A DNA stretch of 64,000 nt from Candidatus Latescibacterota bacterium (GCA_965222075.1 OZ244937.1:288001-352000); one strand, 5' to 3'. Counted from the first letter of the stretch, positions 51,907 to 61,457 are shown. Translations and numbers: made by a program. Notes: a model not told the origin generated them from the letters alone.

Positions 51907-52661
51907 CAAAATACGCCACACCTCTGCTGGAGAACAAATCGTAATATCGCCATGCCAACCCTGCCGGCGTTTCCGATAACCGCGACAGATAGAAACAGCA
52001 GGAGCGCGCTCCAGACAATCGTGAAGTCCCGCATCCTGCTTCTATATCGGGCACCCGAACCCGGTGCCCCGTAGAGCAGGACTGCGGTAAACCAGACAAG
52101 AAGATATGTCGAGAATTTAATCAGATACAGATACGAACCCCAGGGCGTCCTTGCCTCGTACATCACCTGGGAAGCCGCTGTCAGGGCGATAAACACCCCC
52201 CCCACGCCCAGCACTCTGTAATCGAATTTACTGATGCGAATAGACCACCCCTTCGCCAGCGCGTCTATCAGTGCACAGACAAAAGCAATCCCGGCCAGCA
52301 GAACGCTTATCCCGAAGTACGAAGACAGATGATACTCCGGAGATCCCTTCCCCAGCTTTGCCGTAACCGGCTCGAACTGGGTCATAACGAACATGAACCC
52401 CAGAGCCAGCAGGCGGGGAAAGTAACTCCACGCCCAGATATGGTCGTCATCATCAGCATCAGGCTGCCCATCACGCTCATCGGAATCAGCAGGAGACTTT
52501 ATCCATTTGAGGAAAAGAGAACGATGTTTTATCCCGATATACCAGAGCCCGGCGGTAGCAGCAGCCACCAGGACCGTGTTCCACCAGGTGAGCCTGAAGA
52601 CAGCCTCCAGAGCCCATATCAGCAAAAGGATCAAACAGACGCTGGCTATTCGTGCGTGCAT
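51906..52661 (-). CDS. Hypothetical polytopic membrane protein
   Basis: About 7 hydrophobic segments from MHARIAS; AAGGTGA RBS. Confidence 0.65.
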   Translation of the reverse strand: MHARIASVCLILLLIWALEAVFRLTWWNTVLVAAATAGLWYIGIKHRSLFLKWIKSPADSDERDGQPDADDDDHIWAWSYFPRLLALGFMFVMTQFEPVTAKLGKGSPEYHLSSYFGISVLLAGIAFVCALIDALAKGWSIRISKFDYRVLGVGGVFIALTAASQVMYEARTPWGSYLYLIKFSTYLLVWFTAVLLYGAPGSGARYRSRMRDFTIVWSALLLFLSVAVIGNAGRVGMAILRFVLQQRCGVF

Positions 52662-52672
52662 TTGGTCACCTT

Positions 52673-53815
52673 CTATTTTTCGCGCACCGCCAGCCGCACT
52701 TGCTTCGGTTTGACGTCGAGGACCGTCAGATCGGTCGTGTGGCGTACGGACTCTGAAGACACCTTGAAGGTTCTGCGCCCCAATGGAACGAGCCTGGCGT
52801 CGATAACGAGCCGAAAATCCACCCGGCGCGCCAGCAGCAGCGCCCGCCGAGGCCCGGACACGGTTACATCCACCATCGCGGGGCTGACACCCTCCAGCAC
52901 ATAGCCCTGCGGTATATTCTCCACCGTCACCCTCACCGGATGCGTCGATTTCTGGACCGCCGCGCCCGGCACCAGGACCAGCCACGCGCCGAAGGCCAGC
53001 GCAAAGGACAAAAGCCCCTCCACGAGATGCCGTCCCAACCGGCCCCGCTCGACCCGGCGGGCACCCACCCCCACGCGCTTCGAGTGGTCCTGCACCCTGG
53101 CCAGCAATGCGTCCGGATCGTCCAGAATCTCGAGTCGGCCTTGCGCCGCGATGGTGATCGTGCCGCGCTCCTCCGAAACCACCAGGCACAGGGCATCGCT
53201 GCGCTCGGCCAGGCCCAATGCCGCGGCGTGGCGCGTGCCCCCCGCCCCCAGTTCGTCGCGGTTTTCGGAAAGCGGCAAGTACACGGCAAAGCGCTCGAGC
53301 CTGTTTTCGCGCATCACCAACGCGCCGTCGTGTCCGTCCGAACTGGGGTCAAAGAGGCTGTCTAAAAGCTCCTCGCTGATCGCCGCTTTCAGCAAGACCC
53401 CGCCTTGCAAGTACCGCTCCACCGGATCGCGTCCCGGCAGGACCACCAGGGCTCCATGCCGCTTCGCGGCCAGCTGGTGCAAGCTCCGAACCAACACCCC
53501 CAGACTGCCACCCCCGGGCTGCGAGGCCCTCCGGCGCAGACCCAACGCGGCGATCTGCTCGAAAAGCCGCCGCAGATCGTCCTGGAAAACCACCACGACC
53601 ACCACGACCAGCACCGCGAAAAAACCCTGGAAGATCCAGGCCGTCAGCTGCAGCTCGAATTGCCGCGCCAGCAGGTAGAAGATACCCAAAAAAGCCAGGC
53701 CCAGCAGTGCCATCCGCGCGTGCATCCGGCGAGTCCAGGCCACCAGGCCCCAGAGCAGCAAACCGACTACCACGATGTCGACGAGGTCGGTGAGTGCGAT
53801 GTCGAGTAGGGTCAT
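52673..53815 (-). CDS. dacA: Diadenylate cyclase (CdaA-type) with YbbR-like C-terminal domain
   Basis: Three TMs; VFQDDLRR; HDGA; GTRHAAA; VVSEERG. Confidence 0.9.
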   Translation of the reverse strand: MTLLDIALTDLVDIVVVGLLLWGLVAWTRRMHARMALLGLAFLGIFYLLARQFELQLTAWIFQGFFAVLVVVVVVVFQDDLRRLFEQIAALGLRRRASQPGGGSLGVLVRSLHQLAAKRHGALVVLPGRDPVERYLQGGVLLKAAISEELLDSLFDPSSDGHDGALVMRENRLERFAVYLPLSENRDELGAGGTRHAAALGLAERSDALCLVVSEERGTITIAAQGRLEILDDPDALLARVQDHSKRVGVGARRVERGRLGRHLVEGLLSFALAFGAWLVLVPGAAVQKSTHPVRVTVENIPQGYVLEGVSPAMVDVTVSGPRRALLLARRVDFRLVIDARLVPLGRRTFKVSSESVRHTTDLTVLDVKPKQVRLAVREK

Positions 53816-54153
53816 GTCCAAAAATAATCCGGTCGCCAGAAGGAAACAATGGGGGACTGGGGGGAGGATGTGCCAATACCCACGTTGTCGTAGCACCGAA
53901 ATATGGGTAATATTTTACAATTCGTCAAGACCATCTGGACAGGTATCTGCTGCGGGCGGAACGGCTGATAGCAGAAAAAGACTATGGTGCCGCTCCGGAG
54001 GCGCTGGATAAGGTCGTCGCTCTGCTGGCTGGTCTGGAGCACCCACGCTGGAGCCGTTTTCTGCTATGAATTTTACATTGATAATAGAACCAGGGTTGGC
54101 TATATTTTACACGATTACCGTGAAATCGATAAAAGTTAAAAGAAGAACACTTC

Positions 54154-54265
54154 ATGACTGAATCATTTGGAGACCCTGCAACAGAAGATTTATTTCATAA
54201 CAGACAAACGCGACGCGCCCGCAGCTTTCCGCCGGATATTGTACGCGCCGCTTTAAGGAAATTAT
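54154..54265 (+). pseudogene. HigB-like toxin N-terminal remnant
   Basis: SFGDPATEDLF..PPDIVRAALRKL, then similarity ends. Confidence 0.65.
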
Positions 54266-54290
54266 CTATAACAACCCGTTTTTGTACAGG

Positions 54291-55502
54291 ATGTTGCAGA
54301 TGCTATTCTCCGGTATTCAAGGGAAGCCGGAAGATGCCCCGCCGGCCAAGACGCTTCCGGGGATATCGAATGTCCTCTCGGGTCGGTTCAGCGTCGGCGA
54401 ACTCCAAACGATTGATACCAGCGCGCTTCTGGGACGAGAGGAGGTTGTTCTAAATCTGGATGCGGTCGCCGACTACCTGAAAGAGAAGAAGGTTCTGGTT
54501 ACGGGGGCGGGGGGGTCTATCGGGTCGGAGCTTTGCCGGCAGATTGTGACGTACAATCCAGCGCTTTTGATTATGCTGGGAAGGGGTGAGAACAGCATTT
54601 ATGAGATCGAGAACGAACTTGGGGGTGAATGCGGGCAGGTGACCCTTGAAACCGTGATTGCGGATACCATAGATTGGGACAAGGTGGACCGGGTTTTTGC
54701 AGATTACCGTCCCGATGTGGTGTTCCACGCAGCAGCGCATAAACATGTGACCCTGATGGAACGGCATCCGGACGAGGCCGTGAAGAACAATGTGTTTGGC
54801 ACGCTGAATGTGGGGCGGGCCGCTCGAGACCAGGGCGCATCTGTTTTTGTACTGATTTCCACGGATAAGGCCGTGAACCCCGAGAATGTGATGGGGGCGA
54901 CCAAGAAGGTGGCCGAGATGATCGTTCAAGACCTTGCCAGAGCGGGAAAGACGAAGTTTTTGGTTGTGAGGTTCGGGAATGTGATCCGGAGCCGGGGGAG
55001 TGTGATTCCGCTGTTTGAAAAACAGATCCGGAACGGCGGGCCGGTTACGATCACCCATCCGGAAGTAACGCGGTATTTTATGAGTATATCCGAAGCCGCG
55101 CATCTGGTCCTCCAAAGCGGCGCCGTGGCCGATAGGGGGAGTATCTGTGTGCTGGATATGGGGGAACCTGTCAGAATTTTGGACCTGGCCCGAAATCTGA
55201 TCCGCATGGCAGGCCTGCGGCCCGATGAAGATGTTCGAATTGAGTTTACAGGACTCAGGCCGGGCGATAAACTGGTTGAGGAACTCCTGACGAGCAGAAA
55301 AAATATGAAGGCAACCAGGTTCGAGAAAATTTTTTTAGATGAACCCGATCAGGTGGGGGGCAAAAAGTTACACGATGGTTTGAAAAAGCTCGAAGCGTGT
55401 GTTAAAAGGTTCGACCGTTCCGGCACGATTTCTCTGTTGCAGGAGATTGTCCCCACCTACAGGGTGCAGCATTCCGATTCGGTTTCTGAAAAGAGAGGGT
55501 AA
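54291..55502 (+). CDS. CapD-like nucleotide-sugar 4,6-dehydratase (no N-terminal TM region)
   Basis: VTGAGGSIGSEL, HAAAHKHV, ISTDKAV, RFGNV and GLRPGDKL motifs. Confidence 0.88.
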   Translation: MLQMLFSGIQGKPEDAPPAKTLPGISNVLSGRFSVGELQTIDTSALLGREEVVLNLDAVADYLKEKKVLVTGAGGSIGSELCRQIVTYNPALLIMLGRGENSIYEIENELGGECGQVTLETVIADTIDWDKVDRVFADYRPDVVFHAAAHKHVTLMERHPDEAVKNNVFGTLNVGRAARDQGASVFVLISTDKAVNPENVMGATKKVAEMIVQDLARAGKTKFLVVRFGNVIRSRGSVIPLFEKQIRNGGPVTITHPEVTRYFMSISEAAHLVLQSGAVADRGSICVLDMGEPVRILDLARNLIRMAGLRPDEDVRIEFTGLRPGDKLVEELLTSRKNMKATRFEKIFLDEPDQVGGKKLHDGLKKLEACVKRFDRSGTISLLQEIVPTYRVQHSDSVSEKRG

Positions 55503-55593
55503 ACGAATCCGATAGGTACTATTGTCTCTGGCCGAATTGTTCGCCGTTTGGTCCATGAGATTCGGAAGACCGATGAAGCGGCGCTCCGTTTCA

Positions 55594-55656
55594 CCTGCCT
55601 GCGCCGGATGCCCTGCCTGCGCCGAGTTCTGCTCGGCAGGCAGGTCGGCAGGCAGG
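55594..55656. mobile_element. Nested hairpin pair (30 nt + 33 nt), intergenic
   Basis: CCTGCCTG-CG-ccgg-atgc[CCTGCCTG-CG-ccgag-ttctg-ctcgg-CAGGCAGG]tcgg-CAGGCAGG. Confidence 0.9.
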
Positions 55657-55680
55657 TTCACTGTTTGACGGGTCAGACAA

Positions 55681-57150
55681 GTGAGCAGAAGATTCGAACC
55701 GATTGACCTCTCGCGTGTCCGAACCTTTCCCCTTTCGGAACGCCCCGGCAAGGTCTCTCTGGCCGGCTTCGCCACCCCGCCACAGGCGGGCGTCTCGTTC
55801 GGTGGTTTCTTAAGGGGGCTGCCGGAGATCCTGATCGGCGCGGAGTTCCGGAGCTTTGTCCGGGACCTTTCAGCGGCGGTTCGGGCGGAGAAGACCGTGG
55901 TCGCCGGGGTCGGCGGTCACGTGATTAAGTGCGGTCTTGCCCCTCTTCTTATCGATCTGATGCGCCGCGGGTGGGTCTCCGCCCTTTGTATGAACGGCGC
56001 AACGGCTATCCATGATGTTGAAATCGCGATGTGCGGCAGTACCTCCGACCTGCCTGCAGCGCAGGACGCTGCGCAGGCAGGGGACGTCTCCGCAGGGTTA
56101 GGGGATGGCTCCTTTGGCATGGCCAGGGAGACCGGCACGTTTATAAACGGCGCGATCCGGGACGCACCGGAGGGCTATGGGGCCACGCTGGGCCGCAAGA
56201 TCGTGGAGGCGGACCTCCCCTACAGGGAGCAGAGCGTGCTGGCCACAGCGTCTGAACTGGGGCTTACGGCAACGGTTCACGTGGCCGTTGGCGCCGATAT
56301 CGTCCACCAGCATCCCTCGGCCGACGGTGGAGACATCGGGCGGGCGTCATTCGAAGATTTCCGCATCTTCTGCGCCGTCGTCGCCAGCCTCCAGGGGGGG
56401 GCTTACATCAACATCGGATCGGCTGTACTCCTCCCGGAGGTCTTTCTCAAGGCCCTCACGGTGGCCCGCAACCTGGGGCATGGCGTTGCGAATTTTGTCA
56501 CCGCCAATTTCGATATGATTCAGCACTACCGCCCCCGGGTCAACGTGGTGGAGCGGCCCACCCTGGGCGGGGGCCGGGGCTATACCTTCACCGGCCACCA
56601 CGAACTCCTCATTCCCCTCCTGGCACAGTCCCTGCACGAGGCGCTCGAAGATCGGGCCGCGGCTGCCGAACGCAAAGTCGTCTCTTTGGACGAGGCCCTG
56701 GCCATTCGGGACCGCATGCGCGACATCGGCGCTACCGTCATTTTTACCAACGGCTGTTTCGATCTGCTTCACCAGGGCCACGTCACCTACCTGCAGAAGG
56801 CCCGTTCGCTGGGCGATGTGCTGATCCTGGGACTCAACAGCGACGATTCCGTCGGCCGCATCAAGGGCGCCGGCCGGCCTATCCTCCCCCTGGAAGACCG
56901 CGCCAGGGTGCTCGCCGGGCTTGAAGCGGTCGATTACATCTGCGTCTTCGCAGAGGATACGCCGCGTAATCTCATCCAGGCCCTCCTGCCTGACGTTCTT
57001 GTGAAGGGAGGGGACTATAAGGTGGATGAAGTCGTCGGACGAGAGGAGGTTGAGGCCGCCGGAGGCCGGGTGACCACGGTTCCGTTCGTCAAAGGCTGTT
57101 CCACGACGGATATTGTACAGCGGGTGCTCAAGACAGGGAGAGAGAGGTGA
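55681..57150 (+). CDS. Fusion: DHS-like-fold domain + heptose-1-P adenylyltransferase (RfaE domain II)
   Basis: GGHVIKCGL..GSAVLLPEVFLKA..GHHE; C-terminal FTNGCFDLLHQGH, GLNSD and VKGGDY. Confidence 0.8.
   Translation: MSRRFEPIDLSRVRTFPLSERPGKVSLAGFATPPQAGVSFGGFLRGLPEILIGAEFRSFVRDLSAAVRAEKTVVAGVGGHVIKCGLAPLLIDLMRRGWVSALCMNGATAIHDVEIAMCGSTSDLPAAQDAAQAGDVSAGLGDGSFGMARETGTFINGAIRDAPEGYGATLGRKIVEADLPYREQSVLATASELGLTATVHVAVGADIVHQHPSADGGDIGRASFEDFRIFCAVVASLQGGAYINIGSAVLLPEVFLKALTVARNLGHGVANFVTANFDMIQHYRPRVNVVERPTLGGGRGYTFTGHHELLIPLLAQSLHEALEDRAAAAERKVVSLDEALAIRDRMRDIGATVIFTNGCFDLLHQGHVTYLQKARSLGDVLILGLNSDDSVGRIKGAGRPILPLEDRARVLAGLEAVDYICVFAEDTPRNLIQALLPDVLVKGGDYKVDEVVGREEVEAAGGRVTTVPFVKGCSTTDIVQRVLKTGRER
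56049..56081. mobile_element. 33-nt CCTGCCTG hairpin insertion, in frame in a core gene
   Basis: CCTGCCTG-cagcg-cagga-cgctg-CG-CAGGCAGG; removal restores GSTSEDVSAGL. Confidence 0.9.
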
Positions 57151-58163
57151 TGGACCCGGAGCGGCTGAGGGAAATTCTGTCGGGGTTTGCCGGTAAGCGG
57201 GTGCTTGTTATCGGAGACCTGATGCTGGACCACTACCTCTGGGGACACACCGACCGTATCTCTCCGGAGGCCCCGGTGCCGGTGGTCGAGATCGAATCCG
57301 AGACGTTCCGTCCCGGCGGGGCGGGAAACGTGATCCACAACCTGCACGAACTGGGGGCTGAAGTTGCCGCTGCTGGTGTGATCGGTGACGATATCGAGGG
57401 GGAAAAACTCAAGGAACTCTTAGCTGCCGAGCGGGTTGACCTGAGCGGGATCGTTGTGGACCCGGCCCGGCCCACCACCTCCAAAACGCGCATTATCGCC
57501 CGCCGGATTATGGAGAGGGGAGGAGAGAGGGGGCTGGGCCAGCATATCGTGCGGGCCGATCGGGAAGTGCGCACACCGATTGCCGGGGCTGCACAGCGGG
57601 GGCTGACTGACCGCATTCGTGAAGTCCGAGGTGTGGATGCGCTTTTCGTGTCCGACTACGCCAAGGGGGTGGTTACCCCGGATCTGATGGATGCGGTGCG
57701 AGAAGGGATGCAGCGTCTGGATCGACCCGCAGTTGTGGACCCCAAGGGGCGCAGCTTTGAAAAATATCATGGCGTAACCGCCATTTCGCCCAATCAGGCC
57801 GAGGCCTTGGGTGCCTTCAACCTGGAAAGCATCGATGAGGAGACCGTTGTTGCCGCCGGCCACGAGCTGGTCAAACGGTTTTATCTCCAGACTGTCTTTA
57901 TGACCCGGAGCGAAAAAGGGGTCAGCCTCTTTGAGCAGAACGGCCAGGCTGTCCACATTCCTTCAACGGCCCGGGAGGTCCACGATGTTTCGGGGGCGGG
58001 GGATACGACGGCCGCCGTGTACACGCTTGCCCTTTTAGCAGAAGCTTCACACCGGGAAGCCGCCTGCGTTGGCAACCTGGCCGGAGGGGTTGTGGTCGGA
58101 AAGGTCGGTGTTGTGCCCGTGTCTGTTGAGGAGCTTCTCAAGGCCGGGAAGGATGTTTCTTAA
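57150..58163 (+). CDS. rfaE1: Heptose-7-phosphate kinase (RfaE domain I)
   Basis: GDLMLD, RISPEAPVPV, SDYAKG, VDPK and DVSGAGDT motifs. Confidence 0.9.
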   Translation: MDPERLREILSGFAGKRVLVIGDLMLDHYLWGHTDRISPEAPVPVVEIESETFRPGGAGNVIHNLHELGAEVAAAGVIGDDIEGEKLKELLAAERVDLSGIVVDPARPTTSKTRIIARRIMERGGERGLGQHIVRADREVRTPIAGAAQRGLTDRIREVRGVDALFVSDYAKGVVTPDLMDAVREGMQRLDRPAVVDPKGRSFEKYHGVTAISPNQAEALGAFNLESIDEETVVAAGHELVKRFYLQTVFMTRSEKGVSLFEQNGQAVHIPSTAREVHDVSGAGDTTAAVYTLALLAEASHREAACVGNLAGGVVVGKVGVVPVSVEELLKAGKDVS

Positions 58164-58178
58164 CGGAATACCCGATCG

Positions 58179-59207
58179 ATGATCCCCAATCTTGTGACGA
58201 TCTTTCTCGTGGCAGTCGCCGTTGCCTGGGGAGCGACGGCGACGGTCCGATTCTGGATGGTTCGCATCGGTATTCTGGATGTTCCCAACAAGCGGAGTTC
58301 CCACAGCCGTCCGACGCCTACCCTGGGGGGCATCGGTATCATCGTTGGGACGGGAGTTGCGCTGGCCCTGGGTTATGGACTGCTGGACTTTCCGCCTCTT
58401 CCCTTTCTCAAAGCGCTGGCCGGGAGTACGCTGATCCTGGGCATTCTGTGTTATGATGAGATTCGCCCGATGGGGAGGCTCTCAAAGCTGGCTGTACAGG
58501 CGGGCGCATCCCTGGTGCTGGTTGGGGCGGGGGTTGTTTTACACCGGATCTCTGTTCCGGGTGTCGGGGAGGTTGCGCTTGGCTGGATGGCGCTGCCCGT
58601 GACTCTGCTCTGGCTGTTCGGGCTGCAGAATTTCTACAATTTTATGGATGGGATCGACGGGATCGCCGGGGTGGAGGGGGTGCTGTTTGGGGGTCTGATT
58701 GCCGGGCTTTCGGTTGGATATGCGCCTGTGCTAACGCCGCTTAGCACAGCGCTTGCCGGCGCCACTCTGGGGTTTCTTTTCCTGAATTTTCCACCGGCCA
58801 GAATTTTTATGGGGGATACGGGCGGGCATTTCCTGGGGTTGACATTTGGCGCAATCGCTGTTGTGGGGGAGGCCGAGGGCCTTCCTTTTGTTGTAACGCT
58901 GCTTTTTCTGGGGGCTTTTCTCTTCGATTCGGTCTATACGATTTTTCGGCGTCTTGTTCGGGGGGAGAATATCACCTTAGCGCACCGCAGTCATATCTAT
59001 CAGCGGCTCAATATCCTGGGATGGAGTCACCTGCGCGTGGACCTCTGGTTTGCTTTATGCACGCTCCTGCTGGGAGGGGCAGGTTATCTGGCGGTTTACG
59101 GATATGTTGTCCCGGCACTCGTCGCTTGCGCGCTGGCAGGCACACTCATCATAGGGGGCACCGTTTGGGTGGAGAGCCGGTGGCGACACCATAGGGCCAT
59201 TGAGTGA
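58179..59207 (+). CDS. MraY/WecA-family (GT4) prenyl-phosphate sugar-1-P transferase
   Basis: DVPNKRSSH..PTLGG, NFMDGIDG, IFMGDTG and HRSHIYQ motifs. Confidence 0.9.
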   Translation: MIPNLVTIFLVAVAVAWGATATVRFWMVRIGILDVPNKRSSHSRPTPTLGGIGIIVGTGVALALGYGLLDFPPLPFLKALAGSTLILGILCYDEIRPMGRLSKLAVQAGASLVLVGAGVVLHRISVPGVGEVALGWMALPVTLLWLFGLQNFYNFMDGIDGIAGVEGVLFGGLIAGLSVGYAPVLTPLSTALAGATLGFLFLNFPPARIFMGDTGGHFLGLTFGAIAVVGEAEGLPFVVTLLFLGAFLFDSVYTIFRRLVRGENITLAHRSHIYQRLNILGWSHLRVDLWFALCTLLLGGAGYLAVYGYVVPALVACALAGTLIIGGTVWVESRWRHHRAIE

Positions 59208-59793
59208 TACCGTGAACAGGACGCGTCCAGCCGTTTTCTTAGATCGGGACGGTACGATTAACGTTGATGTGAATTACCTCAGCCGGCCGGAGGACCTCCA
59301 GTTCATCCCGGGTGCGGCCCGGGCAATGGCACGCCTGCGGGATGGTGGGTATTCGCTTGTTGTGGTTACCAACCAATCCGCTGTTGCAAGGGGGCTGATT
59401 ACCGAAGCCGACCTGGGAGAAATCCACCGCGAGCTGCAGCGACAATTGCGCGATGCCGGGGCAGAGGTGGATGGTGTTTATTATTGTCCGCACCATCCGG
59501 AGTACGGGAGTCCTCCCTACCGCCAGGTCTGCGTCTGCCGCAAGCCAAATCCCGGCCTCCTGGAGCGCGCGGCCCTGGAACTTGGGCTTGACCTGGAAGG
59601 TTCCTATATGGTAGGGGACAGTCTGACGGACCTGCAGGCGGGCTGGAACGCCGGCTGTGGGGTTGTACTGGTTCTTACCGGCTGTGGAACAGAGGCCCAT
59701 CGGGAGGCAGATGCGGAAACATTAGATCGCATCGACTATATTGCCGGGGATTTATCAGAGGCCGCAGATTGGATTGTGGGGCAGCAGGTGTGA
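59200..59793 (+). CDS. gmhB: Heptose 1,7-bisphosphate phosphatase
   Basis: FLDRDGTI, VTNQS, CPHH..CRKP and GDSLTD motifs. Confidence 0.92.
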   Translation: MSDTVNRTRPAVFLDRDGTINVDVNYLSRPEDLQFIPGAARAMARLRDGGYSLVVVTNQSAVARGLITEADLGEIHRELQRQLRDAGAEVDGVYYCPHHPEYGSPPYRQVCVCRKPNPGLLERAALELGLDLEGSYMVGDSLTDLQAGWNAGCGVVLVLTGCGTEAHREADAETLDRIDYIAGDLSEAADWIVGQQV

Positions 59794-59830
59794 CATGTTC
59801 GGAGAGAAGATAGGTCCAGGCCGGGGATGG

Positions 59831-60169
59831 TTAAAGCGCATCGGGACCGGTTTCGCCGGTTCGGATGCGTACGGCCTGATCGAGGGTCGTGACGAAGATT
59901 TTGCCGTCTCCGACATTGCCGGTTTTGGCGGTCCGTTCGATGGCGTCAATGGCGCGCTCTACCAGGTCGTCGCTCAAGGCGATTTCAAGTTTGGCTTTGG
60001 GAAGAAAATCGATCACGTATTCCGCGCCCCGGTAGACCTCCCGGTGTCCCTTCTGTCGTCCGAACCCCCGGGCTTCGATGACGGTCATGCCCTGGATGCC
60101 GATTTCGGATAAGGCTTCCCGTACGTCGTCCAATTTGTGGGGCTGGATGACTGCCATGACGAGTTTCAT
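59831..60169 (-). CDS. glnB: P-II nitrogen regulator (GlnB/GlnK)
   Basis: 112 aa; GFGRQKG, YRGAEY, GDGKIF and RIRTGE motifs. Confidence 0.93.
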   Translation of the reverse strand: MKLVMAVIQPHKLDDVREALSEIGIQGMTVIEARGFGRQKGHREVYRGAEYVIDFLPKAKLEIALSDDLVERAIDAIERTAKTGNVGDGKIFVTTLDQAVRIRTGETGPDAL

Positions 60170-60414
60170 GGGATTCTCCTCCGCGATAAGGGCAATCAGG
60201 AATTTTAAGACAGCTTCTTATTCGATTTGGTCGACAAATATAGACGGTCTTTGTTTCGATGTGATTTCGCAAATGTTAAGAATGTGTTAACTTCAAAGGT
60301 TTTGACAAAGCCGGTGGGGACAACTATATTTGCGCTGCCCCCGAACCGAACCGAGTATTCCGACGGTTTGCAGGGGCGCACGGCTGTGTGCCCGCCTTGT
60401 GAAAGGAGAAAGAA

Positions 60415-61395
60415 ATGAACCAACCCCCTGAGACGTTTATTCGGGTGCCGCGCCAGGGGCTGCAGGGGTTTGTGTCGAAGGCGGCGCAGACGGTGGGACT
60501 GCCAGAGGACAAGGCGGAACTGCTGGGGGAGCTGCTGACGGCCAACGATCTGCGGGGGACGTTCAGCCACGGGACGAAGCAGATTGCGACGTATGCGATT
60601 CTGATGCGGGACGGGAGGCTGAACAACACACCGGAGGTGCGGGTGGGGCAGGAGACGCCGGTGAGTCTGGTGATGGATGGAGACGGGGGGCTGGGCTACT
60701 TCCCGGCGTATGAGGGCACGGTGCGGATGATTGACAAGGCCAGGGCGCAGGGGATGGCGGTGATGCAGAGCCGGAACCACGGGCATTTCGGAGCGGCTGG
60801 AATCTATTCGCGGATGACGCTGGGGCACGATCTGGTGACGTTCGTGACGTCTGGGCACCAGTTGAATCTGTCGCCGGGAGATCCGATTTACAACTCGGCC
60901 GGCGGGTCGCCGATGTCGTTTTGCGCACCGACGGAGAAGGAGCATCCACTGGTGCTCGATTTTGGGACGATGCACGATTTATACGCCGGCTCTCCCCACC
61001 AGGAAGAGATCGCCCGGATGGCTCCCGGGGTCGTTTTCCGGTTGATCGGGTTGGGGGCGGTCTGCCAGGCCTGGGGGGGGATCTTAGCGGGTGTGCCGCT
61101 GGATGAGGCCCGTGTGGTGAAGGATTATCCGGGGGCCAATCAGGGGTCGCTGGTGGTGACGTTTCAGATCGCTCTGTTTATGGATCCGGCGCAGTTCAAG
61201 CGGGAGATGGACGAGTACGTGCGCCGGGTGCGGTCCCTGAAGCCGGTAGAGGGGTTCAACCAGGCCTATCTGCCGGGCGGACCGGAGGCGGAGCGAGAGC
61301 GGGTTTACCGGGAGGAAGGAATCCCTGTGGGGCCACCGCATCAGGAGCGGCTGGAGAAGCTGGCCGGGGAACTTGGGATAGACGTGCCCTGGTAA
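60415..61395 (+). CDS. Ldh_2-family oxidoreductase
   Basis: DLRGTFSHG, DGDGGLG, NHGHFGAAG and YLPGGPE motifs. Confidence 0.85.
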   Translation: MNQPPETFIRVPRQGLQGFVSKAAQTVGLPEDKAELLGELLTANDLRGTFSHGTKQIATYAILMRDGRLNNTPEVRVGQETPVSLVMDGDGGLGYFPAYEGTVRMIDKARAQGMAVMQSRNHGHFGAAGIYSRMTLGHDLVTFVTSGHQLNLSPGDPIYNSAGGSPMSFCAPTEKEHPLVLDFGTMHDLYAGSPHQEEIARMAPGVVFRLIGLGAVCQAWGGILAGVPLDEARVVKDYPGANQGSLVVTFQIALFMDPAQFKREMDEYVRRVRSLKPVEGFNQAYLPGGPEAERERVYREEGIPVGPPHQERLEKLAGELGIDVPW

Positions 61396-61457
61396 TCTCA
61401 CGGAAGGGTCACGAAGGATGCGAAACCGCCCATCGCCACCCACCTGCCGGGTTCGGG

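Noticed and set aside
51906-53189. 427-aa ORF as given in the track
   Set aside because: Its 5' part overlaps dacA out of frame; the start at 52661 has an RBS.
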